Shown piece after piece: positions 35,161-45,230 of a stretch of DNA of 64,000 nt; within the stretch, counting starts at the first letter, position 1, and every line of letters begins with the position of its first letter. Source of the stretch: Escherichia coli (GTDB lineage: Bacteria > Pseudomonadota > Gammaproteobacteria > Enterobacterales > Enterobacteriaceae); assembly GCF_017348835.2 (NCBI RefSeq), contig NZ_CP071375.1. One strand, 5' to 3'. The notes under the pieces were generated by a model, which did not search any database, had not been told where the DNA came from, and saw only the letters and a list, made by a program, of their open reading frames with translations. A program made the position numbers and the translations under genes.

Positions 35161-36697
35161 AATAGTCATTAAACCGAATACCTATTTTGATTCTGTCTCG
35201 CTGATGTCTATCTCCACGCGTGCAAATAAACTCGACGGCGTCGAGCAGGCATTTGTGGCGATGGCGACCGAAATGAACAAAGGTGTGCTGAAAAATTTAG
35301 GACTGCTGACGCCGGAGCTGGAACAGGCGAAAAACGGCGACCTGATGATTGTCATCAATGGTAAATCGGGTGCGGACAACGAGCAGTTGCTGGTGGAGAT
35401 TGAAGAACTGTTCAACACCAAAGCGCAAAGCGGCTCGCACGAGGCGCGTTACGCCACTATTGCCAGCGCCAAAAAGCATATCCCGGAAAGTAACCTGGCA
35501 GTGATTTCGGTCAACGGTCTGTTTGCCGCTCGCGAAGCGCGTCAGGCGCTGCAAAACGATCTTAACGTGATGCTGTTTTCCGATAACGTCTCGGTTGAAG
35601 ATGAACTGGCGCTCAAACAGTTGGCCCATGAAAAAGGGCTGCTGATGATGGGGCCGGACTGCGGCACGGCGATTATCAACGGCGCGGCGCTCTGCTTTGG
35701 TAACGCCGTGCGTCGCGGTAACATCGGTATTGTTGGCGCATCCGGCACCGGCAGCCAGGAGCTGAGCGTCCGCATTCATGAATTTGGCGGCGGCGTTTCG
35801 CAACTGATTGGCACCGGCGGGCGCGACCTGAGCGAGAAAATCGGCGGCCTGATGATGCTCGATGCCATCGGCATGCTGGAAAACGATCCGCAAACTGAAA
35901 TCATTGCGCTGATTTCAAAACCTCCCGCGCCTGCGGTGGCCCGTAAAGTGCTGGAACGCGCCCGCGCCTGCCGCAAGCCGGTGGTGGTCTGCTTCCTCGG
36001 TCGTGGCGAAACGCCGGTTGACGAGCAGGGGCTACAGTTTGCTCGCGGCAGCAAAGAAGCGGCGCTAAAAGCGGTGATGCTCTCCGGCGTGAAACAGGAA
36101 AATCTCGACCTGCATACGCTTAACCAGCCGTTGATTGCGGATGTGCGTGCGCGTCTGCAACCGCAGCAGAAATACATTCGTGGCCTGTTCTGCGGCGGCA
36201 CGTTGTGCGACGAAACCATGTTCGCGGTGATGGAAAAACATGGCGATGTCTACAGCAACATTCAGCCCGATCCGGAATTCCGCCTGAAAGATATCAACCG
36301 CAGCATCAAACACACCTTCCTCGACTTTGGCGATGACGACTTCACCAATGGCAAGCCGCATCCAATGATTGACCCCACCAACCGCATCAGTCGCTTGATC
36401 GAAGAGGCGCGCGATCCAGAAGTGGCGGTGATCGTGATGGATTTTGTGCTCGGATTTGGATCGCATGAAGATCCGGTCGGCTCCACCATCGAGGCGATCA
36501 AAGAAGCGAAAGCGATCGCCGCTGCCGAAGGACGCGAGTTGATCATTCTCGCCTATGTGCTGGGTACCGATCTTGATACGCCATCGTTAGAACAACAAAG
36601 CCAGATGCTGCTTGATGCCGGAGTGATTCTGGCGAGCAGCAGCACCAATACCGGATTGCTGGCGCGTGAATTTATCTGCAAAGGGGAGGAAGCCTGA
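35150..36697 (+). CDS. yahF: FdrA-like CoA-binding/succinyl-CoA-synthetase-like protein YahF
   Basis: ORF 35150..36697, 515 aa; overlaps the yahE stop. Confidence 0.9.
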   Translation: MSVKIVIKPNTYFDSVSLMSISTRANKLDGVEQAFVAMATEMNKGVLKNLGLLTPELEQAKNGDLMIVINGKSGADNEQLLVEIEELFNTKAQSGSHEARYATIASAKKHIPESNLAVISVNGLFAAREARQALQNDLNVMLFSDNVSVEDELALKQLAHEKGLLMMGPDCGTAIINGAALCFGNAVRRGNIGIVGASGTGSQELSVRIHEFGGGVSQLIGTGGRDLSEKIGGLMMLDAIGMLENDPQTEIIALISKPPAPAVARKVLERARACRKPVVVCFLGRGETPVDEQGLQFARGSKEAALKAVMLSGVKQENLDLHTLNQPLIADVRARLQPQQKYIRGLFCGGTLCDETMFAVMEKHGDVYSNIQPDPEFRLKDINRSIKHTFLDFGDDDFTNGKPHPMIDPTNRISRLIEEARDPEVAVIVMDFVLGFGSHEDPVGSTIEAIKEAKAIAAAEGRELIILAYVLGTDLDTPSLEQQSQMLLDAGVILASSSTNTGLLAREFICKGEEA

Positions 36698-38115
36698 TGA
36701 GCCAGTCACTGTTTAGCCAACCATTGAACGTTATTAACGTCGGCATCGCCATGTTTAGCGATGACCTGAAAAAGCAGCATGTAGAAGTGACTCAACTCGA
36801 CTGGACGCCGCCGGGGCAGGGCAATATGCAGGTGGTGCAGGCGCTGGATAACATTGCCGATTCGCCGCTGGCAGACAAAATCGCCGCCGCTAACCAGCAG
36901 GCGCTGGAGCGCATTATCCAGTCGCATCCGGTGCTGATTGGTTTTGATCAGGCGATTAACGTGGTGCCTGGCATGACGCCGAAAACCATTCTTCACGCCG
37001 GGCCGCCGGTTACCTGGGAAAAAATGTGCGGCGCGATGAAAGGCGCGGTCACCGGGGCGCTGGTGTTCGAAGGGCTGGCGAAAGATCTCGACGAGGCGGC
37101 TGAACTGGCGGCCTCCGGGGAGATCACCTTCTCGCCGTGCCACGAACACGACTGTGTGGGATCGATGGCGGGTGTTACCTCGGCCTCGATGTTTATGCAC
37201 ATCGTAAAAAACAAAACCTACGGCAACATCGCTTATACCAACATGAGCGAGCAGATGGCGAAGATTTTGCGTATGGGCGCTAACGACCAGAGCGTGATTG
37301 ACCGCCTGAACTGGATGCGTGATGTGCAGGGACCAATACTGCGCGACGCGATGAAAATTATCGGCGAAATCGATCTGCGCTTAATGCTGGCGCAGGCGCT
37401 GCATATGGGCGATGAGTGCCATAACCGCAATAACGCCGGGACGACGCTGCTGATTCAGGCGCTGACGCCGGGGATTATTCAGGCGGGCTACTCCGTCGAG
37501 CAACAGCGCGAAGTGTTTGAGTTTGTCGCCAGCAGCGACTACTTCTCCGGCCCGACGTGGATGGCGATGTGTAAAGCGGCGATGGATGCGGCGCACGGCA
37601 TCGAATACAGCACCGTTGTTACCACCATGGCGCGTAACGGCGTCGAGTTCGGCCTGCGGGTCAGCGGCCTGCCGGGGCAGTGGTTTACCGGCCCAGCGCA
37701 GCAGGTCATCGGCCCGATGTTTGCTGGTTATAAGCCGGAAGATTCGGGGCTGGATATCGGCGACAGCGCCATCACAGAAACCTACGGTATTGGCGGGTTT
37801 GCCATGGCGACCGCGCCTGCAATCGTCGCGCTGGTGGGTGGCACGGTGGAAGAGGCTATCGATTTCTCCCGTCAGATGCGCGAAATCACCCTTGGCGAAA
37901 ACCCCAACGTCACCATTCCGCTGCTCGGTTTTATGGGCGTGCCGTCGGCAATCGACATCACCCGCGTGGGTAGCAGCGGCATTCTGCCGGTGATCAACAC
38001 CGCCATCGCCCATAAAGATGCGGGCGTCGGCATGATTGGCGCGGGCATTGTGCATCCGCCATTCGCCTGCTTCGAGAAAGCCATTCTTGGCTGGTGCGAA
38101 CGTTACGGCGTCTGA
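36697..38115 (+). CDS. yahG: YahG (DUF1116; paralog of YlbF)
   Basis: ORF 36697..38115; ATGA overlap with yahF stop. Confidence 0.9.
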   Translation: MSQSLFSQPLNVINVGIAMFSDDLKKQHVEVTQLDWTPPGQGNMQVVQALDNIADSPLADKIAAANQQALERIIQSHPVLIGFDQAINVVPGMTPKTILHAGPPVTWEKMCGAMKGAVTGALVFEGLAKDLDEAAELAASGEITFSPCHEHDCVGSMAGVTSASMFMHIVKNKTYGNIAYTNMSEQMAKILRMGANDQSVIDRLNWMRDVQGPILRDAMKIIGEIDLRLMLAQALHMGDECHNRNNAGTTLLIQALTPGIIQAGYSVEQQREVFEFVASSDYFSGPTWMAMCKAAMDAAHGIEYSTVVTTMARNGVEFGLRVSGLPGQWFTGPAQQVIGPMFAGYKPEDSGLDIGDSAITETYGIGGFAMATAPAIVALVGGTVEEAIDFSRQMREITLGENPNVTIPLLGFMGVPSAIDITRVGSSGILPVINTAIAHKDAGVGMIGAGIVHPPFACFEKAILGWCERYGV

Positions 38116-38128
38116 CCTGCATGTTCAT

Positions 38129-38396
38129 GCCGGATGCGGCGTGAACGCCTTATCCGGCCTTCGAATGGAACGAGAATCTGTAGGCCTGATAAGCGTAGCG
38201 CATCAGGCATTTGTCACCATTGCCGGATGCGGCGTGAACGCCTTATCCGGCCTACAAGTGGCGCAAGAATTTGTAGGCCTGATAAGCGTAGCGCATCAGG
38301 CATTTGTCACCATTGCCGGATGCGGCGTGAACGCCTTATCCGGCCTACGAGTGGCACGAGAATTTGTAGGCCTGATAAGCGTAGCGCATCAGGCAG
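38129..38396. repeat. REP/BIME cluster (three tandem ~96-bp units of paired inverted REP palindromes)
   Basis: Repeated GCCGGATGCGGCGTGAACGCCTTATCCGGCCTAC...GTAGGCCTGATAAGCGTAGCGCATCAGGCA; phantom ORFs yield RCRMRRERLIRP-like peptides. Confidence 0.9.
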
Positions 38397-38444
38397 TCTG
38401 GCGTTGGTCATAACCCCATCACCCTCTGTAGCGGACATAACAAC

Positions 38445-39395
38445 ATGAAAGAGCTTGTGGTCGTTGCCATTGGTGGCAACAGCATTATCAAAGATAACGC
38501 CAGCCAGTCGATTGAGCATCAGGCGGAGGCGGTGAAAGCCGTCGCCGATACGGTGCTGGAAATGCTGGCTTCCGATTACGACATTGTGCTGACCCACGGC
38601 AACGGGCCGCAGGTCGGTCTGGATTTACGCCGCGCGGAGATAGCCCACGAGCGCGAAGGGCTGCCCTTAACGCCGCTGGCGAACTGTGTGGCAGATACGC
38701 AAGGCGGCATTGGCTACCTGATCCAACAGGCGCTGAACAACCGGCTGGCGCGTCACGGCGAGAAGAAAGCCGTCACCGTGGTGACTCAGGTGGAAGTGGA
38801 TAAAAACGATCCAGGTTTTGCCCATCCCACCAAGCCCATCGGCGCATTCTTCAGTGAAAGCCAGCGTGACGAATTACAAAAGGCAAACCCTGACTGGTGT
38901 TTTGTTGAAGATGCCGGGCGGGGCTATCGCCGCGTGGTCGCCTCGCCGGAACCGAAACGTATTGTCGAAGCACCTGCCATTAAAGCGCTGATCCAACAAG
39001 GTTTTGTCGTAATTGGCGCGGGCGGCGGTGGAATTCCGGTAGTGCGTACTGACGCGGGGGATTACCAAAGCGTGGACGCGGTTATCGACAAAGATCTCTC
39101 TACCGCGCTGCTGGCCCGTGAAATTCACGCCGACATTCTGGTGATCACCACCGGGGTGGAAAAAGTGTGTATTCATTTTGGCAAACCCGAGCAGCAGGCG
39201 CTGGATCGCGTAGATATTGCCACCATGACTCGCTATATGCAGGAAGGACATTTCCCGCCCGGCAGCATGTTGCCAAAAATCATCGCCAGCCTGACGTTCC
39301 TGGAACAGGGCGGTAAAGAAGTGATTATCACCACGCCGGAATGCCTGCCAGCGGCGCTGCGCGGTGAAACGGGCACCCACATTATTAAAACGTAA
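38445..39395 (+). CDS. yahI: Carbamate kinase-like protein YahI
   Basis: ORF 38445..39395, 316 aa; amino-acid kinase fold (VVAIGGN). Confidence 0.9.
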   Translation: MKELVVVAIGGNSIIKDNASQSIEHQAEAVKAVADTVLEMLASDYDIVLTHGNGPQVGLDLRRAEIAHEREGLPLTPLANCVADTQGGIGYLIQQALNNRLARHGEKKAVTVVTQVEVDKNDPGFAHPTKPIGAFFSESQRDELQKANPDWCFVEDAGRGYRRVVASPEPKRIVEAPAIKALIQQGFVVIGAGGGGIPVVRTDAGDYQSVDAVIDKDLSTALLAREIHADILVITTGVEKVCIHFGKPEQQALDRVDIATMTRYMQEGHFPPGSMLPKIIASLTFLEQGGKEVIITTPECLPAALRGETGTHIIKT

Positions 39396-39404
39396 GGACG
39401 TAAG

Positions 39405-40787
39405 ATGAAAGAAAACAATAGCCGCCGTGAGTTTTTGAGCCAGAGCGGTAAGATGGTCACCGCCGCCGCGCTGTTTGGTACCTCTGTGCCGCTCGCCCAT
39501 GCGGCGGTCTCTGGCACCACAAACTGCGAAGCGAACAACACCATGAAAATCACTGACCCGCATTACTATCTCGACAACGTGCTGCTGGAAACTGGATTTG
39601 ACTACGAAAATGGCGTGGCGGTGCAGACCCGCACGGCGCGCCAGACCGTGGAGATTCAGGACGGCAAAATTGTCACCCTGCGCGAGAACAAGCAGCATCC
39701 GGACGCCACGCTGCCGCACTATGACGCTGGCGGTAAGCTGATGCTGCCCACCACCCGCGACATGCATATTCATCTCGACAAAACCTTTTACGGCGGGCCG
39801 TGGCGCTCGCTCAATCGTCCGGCAGGCACCACCATCCAGGACATGATTAAGCTTGAGCAGAAAATGCTGCCGGAGTTGCAACCATACACTCAGGAACGGG
39901 CGGAGAAACTGATCGATTTTTTGCAGTCGAAAGGTACTACCATTGCCCGCAGCCACTGCAATATCGAACCAGTTTCCGGCCTGAAAAATCTGCAAAATTT
40001 GCAGGCGGTGCTGGCGCGACGTCAGGCGGGCTTTGAGTGTGAAATCGTCGCCTTCCCGCAGCACGGTTTGCTGCTGTCGAAATCGGAACCCTTAATGCGT
40101 GAAGCAATGCAGGCGGGTGCGCATTACGTCGGCGGGCTGGACCCGACCAGTGTCGATGGCGCGATGGAAAAATCCCTCGATACCATGTTCCAGATTGCGC
40201 TGGACTACGACAAAGGCGTCGATATTCACCTGCACGAAACCACTCCGTCGGGCGTGGCAGCCATCAATTATATGGTTGAAACGGTAGAGAAAACGCCGCA
40301 ACTGAAAGGTAAGCTGACCATCAGCCACGCCTTTGCGCTGGCTACGCTCAACGAACAACAGGTAGATGAACTGGCGAATCGGATGGCGGCGCAGCAAATT
40401 TCTATCGCCTCGACGGTGCCGATTGGCACGCTGCATATGCCGCTCAAACAGTTGCACGACAAAGGCGTAAAAGTGATGACTGGCACTGACAGCGTTATCG
40501 ACCACTGGTCGCCTTATGGTCTGGGCGACATGCTGGAAAAAGCCAATCTCTACGCGCAGCTCTATATTCGTCCTAACGAACAGAACCTCTCCCGTTCGCT
40601 GTTTCTAGCCACTGGCGATGTATTGCCGCTGAATGAAAAAGGCGAGCGTGTATGGCCAAAAGCGCAGGATGACGCCAGCTTTGTGCTGGTGGACGCCTCC
40701 TGTTCCGCCGAGGCGGTGGCGCGTATCTCGCCGAGAACCGCAACGTTCCATAAAGGGCAACTGGTGTGGGGGAGTGTGGCAGGTTGA
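39405..40787 (+). CDS. yahJ: Amidohydrolase-superfamily deaminase YahJ (Tat-type signal)
   Basis: ORF 39405..40787, 460 aa; RREFLSQSGK twin-arginine-like N-terminus; metal-dependent hydrolase motifs. Confidence 0.9.
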   Translation: MKENNSRREFLSQSGKMVTAAALFGTSVPLAHAAVSGTTNCEANNTMKITDPHYYLDNVLLETGFDYENGVAVQTRTARQTVEIQDGKIVTLRENKQHPDATLPHYDAGGKLMLPTTRDMHIHLDKTFYGGPWRSLNRPAGTTIQDMIKLEQKMLPELQPYTQERAEKLIDFLQSKGTTIARSHCNIEPVSGLKNLQNLQAVLARRQAGFECEIVAFPQHGLLLSKSEPLMREAMQAGAHYVGGLDPTSVDGAMEKSLDTMFQIALDYDKGVDIHLHETTPSGVAAINYMVETVEKTPQLKGKLTISHAFALATLNEQQVDELANRMAAQQISIASTVPIGTLHMPLKQLHDKGVKVMTGTDSVIDHWSPYGLGDMLEKANLYAQLYIRPNEQNLSRSLFLATGDVLPLNEKGERVWPKAQDDASFVLVDASCSAEAVARISPRTATFHKGQLVWGSVAG

Positions 40788-41085
40788 TGCGCATTTGAAA
40801 CGCCTGCAACGGTGAATAGTAAGAGATTTAAGCCCCAGGGAGTGGGGCGGGAATGGTTTGCTAATGAATGATCCTGAACTTTATAATCTCCCGGCATAAT
40901 TTCCAGGGGATTATTTGAGAGAAATACACAAAAGTGAGTTTTAACAAAGGTATTTATCAGGCCATAAATGTGACCTGCTTCGGATAAAAAAGATTCAGTA
41001 TCGAAAAACCAATGATACTCTTGCTGATGGTTACCAACAGTAATTAAGATGTGATTTGTTTTTCCGTAATCGCAAAAATATTGCC

Positions 41086-41496
41086 ATGACCATAAAAGAA
41101 AAATTCTCACAAAAATATCCCCATGCTTCCTTTTGTACTTTTGGCGATTCAGCCGCGTTGGCCGATCACCTCGCAACGTTGATTGCGACTGGTGTTAAAA
41201 CAGCTTCCTGTGGTTCGCTGGCGGGATGTATTGAAGACAACGCATTTCCGATGATTGGTGAGTATAAGATTGTAGAAAATAGCCGTGGTGAGCCTGTATG
41301 TGTTATCAGAGTGATTGGCCTGCATTTACTGCGCTTTTCTGATGTCACCGCAGAGCTTGCCCGTAAGGAAGGTGAAGGTGACCTCAGTCTTGAATATTGG
41401 CGTAATGAACACCGTCGTTTTTTCCAGGCAGAAGGAAGCTATTCACCAGAAATGGACGTTATCTTTGAAGAATATGCCCTTATTGACGTTGTATAG
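41086..41496 (+). CDS. ASCH-domain protein
   Basis: ORF 41056..41496; start moved to MTIKEKFSQKYP; small beta-barrel ASCH-like sequence. Confidence 0.6.
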   Translation: MTIKEKFSQKYPHASFCTFGDSAALADHLATLIATGVKTASCGSLAGCIEDNAFPMIGEYKIVENSRGEPVCVIRVIGLHLLRFSDVTAELARKEGEGDLSLEYWRNEHRRFFQAEGSYSPEMDVIFEEYALIDVV

Positions 41497-41746
41497 ATAA
41501 CTATTTATCTACACGAAATAAGCTCACAAACATAAAATATCGCTAATTTTGTTTATTTTGCTGTTTTTTACGTGATGAATGTCACACTTATTATTGCTGC
41601 CCGTTTTGTCCATATTTATAACCATATTTTTAATAGCTGCCTGAAATAGAGCTGTTTATTCTGCATAAAAATATTCGAAAATTCTTATTCTCTCCAGCGC
41701 GCTAATTTGGGCGAACACTTCCTGACTACCCTGCAATGAGGCTGAA

Positions 41747-42733
41747 ATGATGAATAAACGTTTTGTTATCAATATGGTGTCTTCGCTGTTATTAGGCGCT
41801 GCGCTAATTTCTGCGCCGCTCCAGGCAGCGGAAAAAGTCGTGGTGAATATTTCTAAAGTCGATGGTATGCCGTGGTTTAATCGCATGGGCGAAGGTGTGG
41901 TTGAGGCGGGTAAAGCCTTTGGTGTTAATGCCTCACAGGTGGGGCCTTCAAGTACTGATGCTCCGCAACAGGTTAAAATTATTGAGGATTTAATCGCCCG
42001 TAAGGTTAATGCAATTACTATCGTGCCAAACGATGCCAACGTGCTGGAACCGGTATTCAAAAAAGCGCGAGATGCCGGAATTGTGGTTCTGACCAACGAA
42101 TCCCCCGGTCAGCCAAGTGCTAACTGGGATATCGAAATCATTGATAACGAAAAATTTGCCGCTGAATATGTTGAGCATATGGCGAAACGCATGGGTGGCA
42201 AGGGCGGCTATGTGATTTACGTGGGTAGTTTGACCGTGCCGCAGCATAACTTATGGGCTGACTTGCTGGTGAAATACCAGAAAGAGCATTACCCGGATAT
42301 GCATGAAGTTACCCGCCGCATGCCGGTTGCCGAGAGTGTGGATGACTCACGTCGTACCACACTGGACCTGATGAAAACCTATCCTGACTTGAAAGCGGTT
42401 GTCTCCTTTGGTTCAAACGGTCCGATTGGCGCGGGACGTGCGGTGAAAGAGAAACGGGCGAAAAATAAAGTCGCAGTCTATGGCATGATGATCCCTTCAC
42501 AGGCGGCATCACTGATTAAAAGTGGTGATATCACCGAAGGGATTACTTACGATCCGGCCTCTGCAGGTTACGCACTCGCAGCCGTCGCCAGCACATTGCT
42601 GAAGGGTGAAGAGATCAAGCCTGGATTAGAAATGCAGAATCTGGGTAAGGCCGACGTAGATATGGATAAGCGAATTATCCGTTTCCATAAGGTATTACTG
42701 GTCAACAAAGACAATATCGACTCACTTTATTAA
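41747..42733 (+). CDS. Periplasmic substrate-binding protein, LsrB-like (autoinducer-2/ribose-binding family)
   Basis: ORF 41747..42733; signal peptide; C-terminus VLLVNKDNIDSLY resembles LsrB ...FNKDNIDKYDF. Confidence 0.8.
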   Translation: MMNKRFVINMVSSLLLGAALISAPLQAAEKVVVNISKVDGMPWFNRMGEGVVEAGKAFGVNASQVGPSSTDAPQQVKIIEDLIARKVNAITIVPNDANVLEPVFKKARDAGIVVLTNESPGQPSANWDIEIIDNEKFAAEYVEHMAKRMGGKGGYVIYVGSLTVPQHNLWADLLVKYQKEHYPDMHEVTRRMPVAESVDDSRRTTLDLMKTYPDLKAVVSFGSNGPIGAGRAVKEKRAKNKVAVYGMMIPSQAASLIKSGDITEGITYDPASAGYALAAVASTLLKGEEIKPGLEMQNLGKADVDMDKRIIRFHKVLLVNKDNIDSLY

Positions 42734-42781
42734 TCCATTTCTTCGGGGCGAAAGCCCCGATTCTTATTGCCAGGGGATGTT

Positions 42782-44266
42782 ATGGAAACCTTCCTTTCCC
42801 TTCGTCATATCAACAAAACGTTTCATGCCACGCGAGCGCTGCGCGATGTTTCTCTCGACTTTATGTCGGGTGAAGTGCACTGCCTTGCCGGGCAAAACGG
42901 CTGTGGTAAATCGACGTTGATTAAAATTATGTCCGGTGTTTATCGCCCGGATGAGGGAGCGGAAATTACGCTTGGTGGGAAAAACTGGTCAAAGCTGACA
43001 CCCGCCGCTTCGGTGGCGCAGGGGATTCAGGTGATTTATCAGGACCTCTCTTTATTTCCTAACCTGAGTGTCTGGGAGAATATCGCCGTGAATCACTATC
43101 ACCACGGTCTGTTTGTTAACCGCCGTCGTCTGCGTGAGGTGGCGCAGGCGGCAATGACCAGTATTAACGTCACATTGCCACTGGATACACTCGTTTCTGA
43201 GCTTTCAATTGCCCGCTGTCAGCTGGTGGCTATTTGCCGTGCACTGGCGCAGGACGCACGGTTGATCGTGATGGATGAACCAACCGCTTCGCTGACCCAT
43301 CAGGAAGTGCAAGGGTTATTACAGGTGGTGCATCAATTGCGTGAACGCGGGATCTGCGTGGTCTTCGTCAGTCATCGTCTGGAAGAAGTGATGGAAGTTT
43401 CCGAGCGTATTTCAGTGCTGAAAGATGGTGAGCTGGTCGGGACTTTTCCGGCTGCAGAGATGACCACAAAACAACTCGGTTTCCTGATGACCGGCCAGGA
43501 GTTTGAATATCAGGTGCGAGAGTTGTGGCAGGGAAAATCCAGCACCCCGGTGCTGGAGGTGCGTAATTTAAGTCGTCATGGGGAATATCTAAATATTAAC
43601 TTGCGGGTGGAAGCGGGCGAAGTGGTATCGATTGTTGGCCTGCTTGGTGCGGGGCGCACGGAATTATGTCTGAGTCTGTTTGGTATGACCCGACCGGATG
43701 CTGGCGAGATCCTCATCAACGGCCAGCCGGTTACACTGCATAGTAACCAGGACGCCATCCGCCACGGTATTGGTTATGTTTCGGAAGATCGCATGTCGCG
43801 CGGTTTGGTGATGGCGCAATCTATTGAAGACAACATCATTAGCACTGTTTTTCACAAGGTAAAAGATCGCTTCGGCTTTCTGAGTGAAACTAAAGTGCGT
43901 GACCTGGTGGACAGGCTAATCAAGGCATTGACCATCAAAGTCTCTGATCCTCATCTCCCGGTGAATACGCTTTCTGGTGGTAACGCGCAGCGAGTATCGA
44001 TCGCCAAATGGCTGGCGATTGGGCCACGACTGTTGATTCTCGATAGCCCGACAGTCGGTGTTGATATCGCCAACAAAGCAGGAATATACGGCATTATCAG
44101 CGATCTGGCGGCTCATGGCATTGCGGTATTGATGATCTGCGATGAAATTGAAGAAGCGTGGTATCAAAGCCACCGGATTTTGGTAATGCAAAAAGGTCAG
44201 ATCACCCATAGCTTCCTGCCTGACAGCAGTTCTCAGGCCAGGATTGCGGAGGTGGTAAATGGCTGA
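42782..44266 (+). CDS. Sugar-type ABC transporter ATP-binding protein (two fused ATPase domains), LsrA/RbsA-like
   Basis: ORF 42767..44266; Walker A GQNGCGKST, signature LSGGNAQ; start moved to METFLSL with AGGGGA upstream. Confidence 0.85.
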   Translation: METFLSLRHINKTFHATRALRDVSLDFMSGEVHCLAGQNGCGKSTLIKIMSGVYRPDEGAEITLGGKNWSKLTPAASVAQGIQVIYQDLSLFPNLSVWENIAVNHYHHGLFVNRRRLREVAQAAMTSINVTLPLDTLVSELSIARCQLVAICRALAQDARLIVMDEPTASLTHQEVQGLLQVVHQLRERGICVVFVSHRLEEVMEVSERISVLKDGELVGTFPAAEMTTKQLGFLMTGQEFEYQVRELWQGKSSTPVLEVRNLSRHGEYLNINLRVEAGEVVSIVGLLGAGRTELCLSLFGMTRPDAGEILINGQPVTLHSNQDAIRHGIGYVSEDRMSRGLVMAQSIEDNIISTVFHKVKDRFGFLSETKVRDLVDRLIKALTIKVSDPHLPVNTLSGGNAQRVSIAKWLAIGPRLLILDSPTVGVDIANKAGIYGIISDLAAHGIAVLMICDEIEEAWYQSHRILVMQKGQITHSFLPDSSSQARIAEVVNG

Positions 44267-45230
44267 ACTGAAAAAACGCCATGAATTCTGGCTGGCATTA
44301 CTGATTGTGGTGCTGTTTGTTGGCCTTGCCTGGCGCAGCGACGAGTTTCTGACATTCGGTAATTTGTACGATCTCGCCAATAACTATGCCATGTTGACTA
44401 TTCTCGCCTGTGGTTTGTTTGTGGTGTTGATTTCCGGTGGAATTGATATTTCGTTTCCAGCTATGACCATCATTGCGCAATACGGCATGGTGCTGTTGCT
44501 GCAAAAAATTGGTGGCAACTTCGCTGTCGCGTTTGCACTGGCGGGCTGCATCGGCATTTTACTTGGCTTAATTAACGCCTTACTGGTTAATCGCCTACGG
44601 GTGCCTTCTATCATCATCACTATCTCGACGCTGAATATTTTCTATGGCCTGCTGTTATGGTTGAGTAAAGGTGTGTGGCTGTACGACTTTCCGCCGTGGT
44701 TTGAGCAGGGGGTTATGTTGTTCAAGTACACCGATGCTGATGGCTATGACTATGGCCTTGGTCTGCCGCTGATCGCCATGATTACGGTGGTGCTGCTAAC
44801 AGCGTTTATCATGAATTTCACCAGTGTAGGGCGCAAAATTTATGCCCTTGGCGGGAACCGCGAATCAGCCAGTCGCATCGGCTTTAGCGTGCTGAAACTG
44901 CAACTTTTCGTCTATGGCTATATGGGATTGATGTCTGGCGCTGCGGGTGTAGTGCAGTCGTGGACGGTGATGACTGTCGCCCCCGATTCTCTTCTGGGTT
45001 ATGAGCTGACAGTACTGGCTGCGGTGGTGCTTGGCGGCACTAGTTTGCTCGGCGGGCACGGCACGTTAACCGGTACTTTGCTCGGCGTGGTGTTGTTGGC
45101 AGTGATGCAAAACGGGCTAAATTTATTGGGAGTCTCGTCTTACTGGCAAACATTGATCACCGGCATCATCATCGTTGCCAGCATTAGTGCCACGGCGTGG
45201 AGTCAGCATCAGAACCGGAGTCTGCTATGA
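44259..45230 (+). CDS. ABC transporter permease (LsrC/RbsC-like)
   Basis: ORF 44259..45230; polytopic; overlaps the ATPase stop. Confidence 0.85.
   Translation: MAELKKRHEFWLALLIVVLFVGLAWRSDEFLTFGNLYDLANNYAMLTILACGLFVVLISGGIDISFPAMTIIAQYGMVLLLQKIGGNFAVAFALAGCIGILLGLINALLVNRLRVPSIIITISTLNIFYGLLLWLSKGVWLYDFPPWFEQGVMLFKYTDADGYDYGLGLPLIAMITVVLLTAFIMNFTSVGRKIYALGGNRESASRIGFSVLKLQLFVYGYMGLMSGAAGVVQSWTVMTVAPDSLLGYELTVLAAVVLGGTSLLGGHGTLTGTLLGVVLLAVMQNGLNLLGVSSYWQTLITGIIIVASISATAWSQHQNRSLL

Noticed and set aside
35297-38055. Long antisense or alternative-frame ORFs inside yahF and yahG (e.g. 35297..35893, 35776..36219, 37381..38055, 37517..37993)
   Set aside because: They sit inside strongly supported genes in GC-rich sequence, with Arg/Ala/Pro-rich low-complexity products typical of spurious frames.
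38134-38448. ORFs 38036..38413 and 38134..38448 (the position of the former yahH annotation)
   Set aside because: They lie entirely within REP/BIME palindromic repeats; the repetitive peptide is an artefact of the repeat.
40562-41176. 204-aa minus-strand ORF spanning the yahJ 3' end and the ASCH gene start
   Set aside because: Overlaps two better-supported plus-strand genes and has no recognisable domain.
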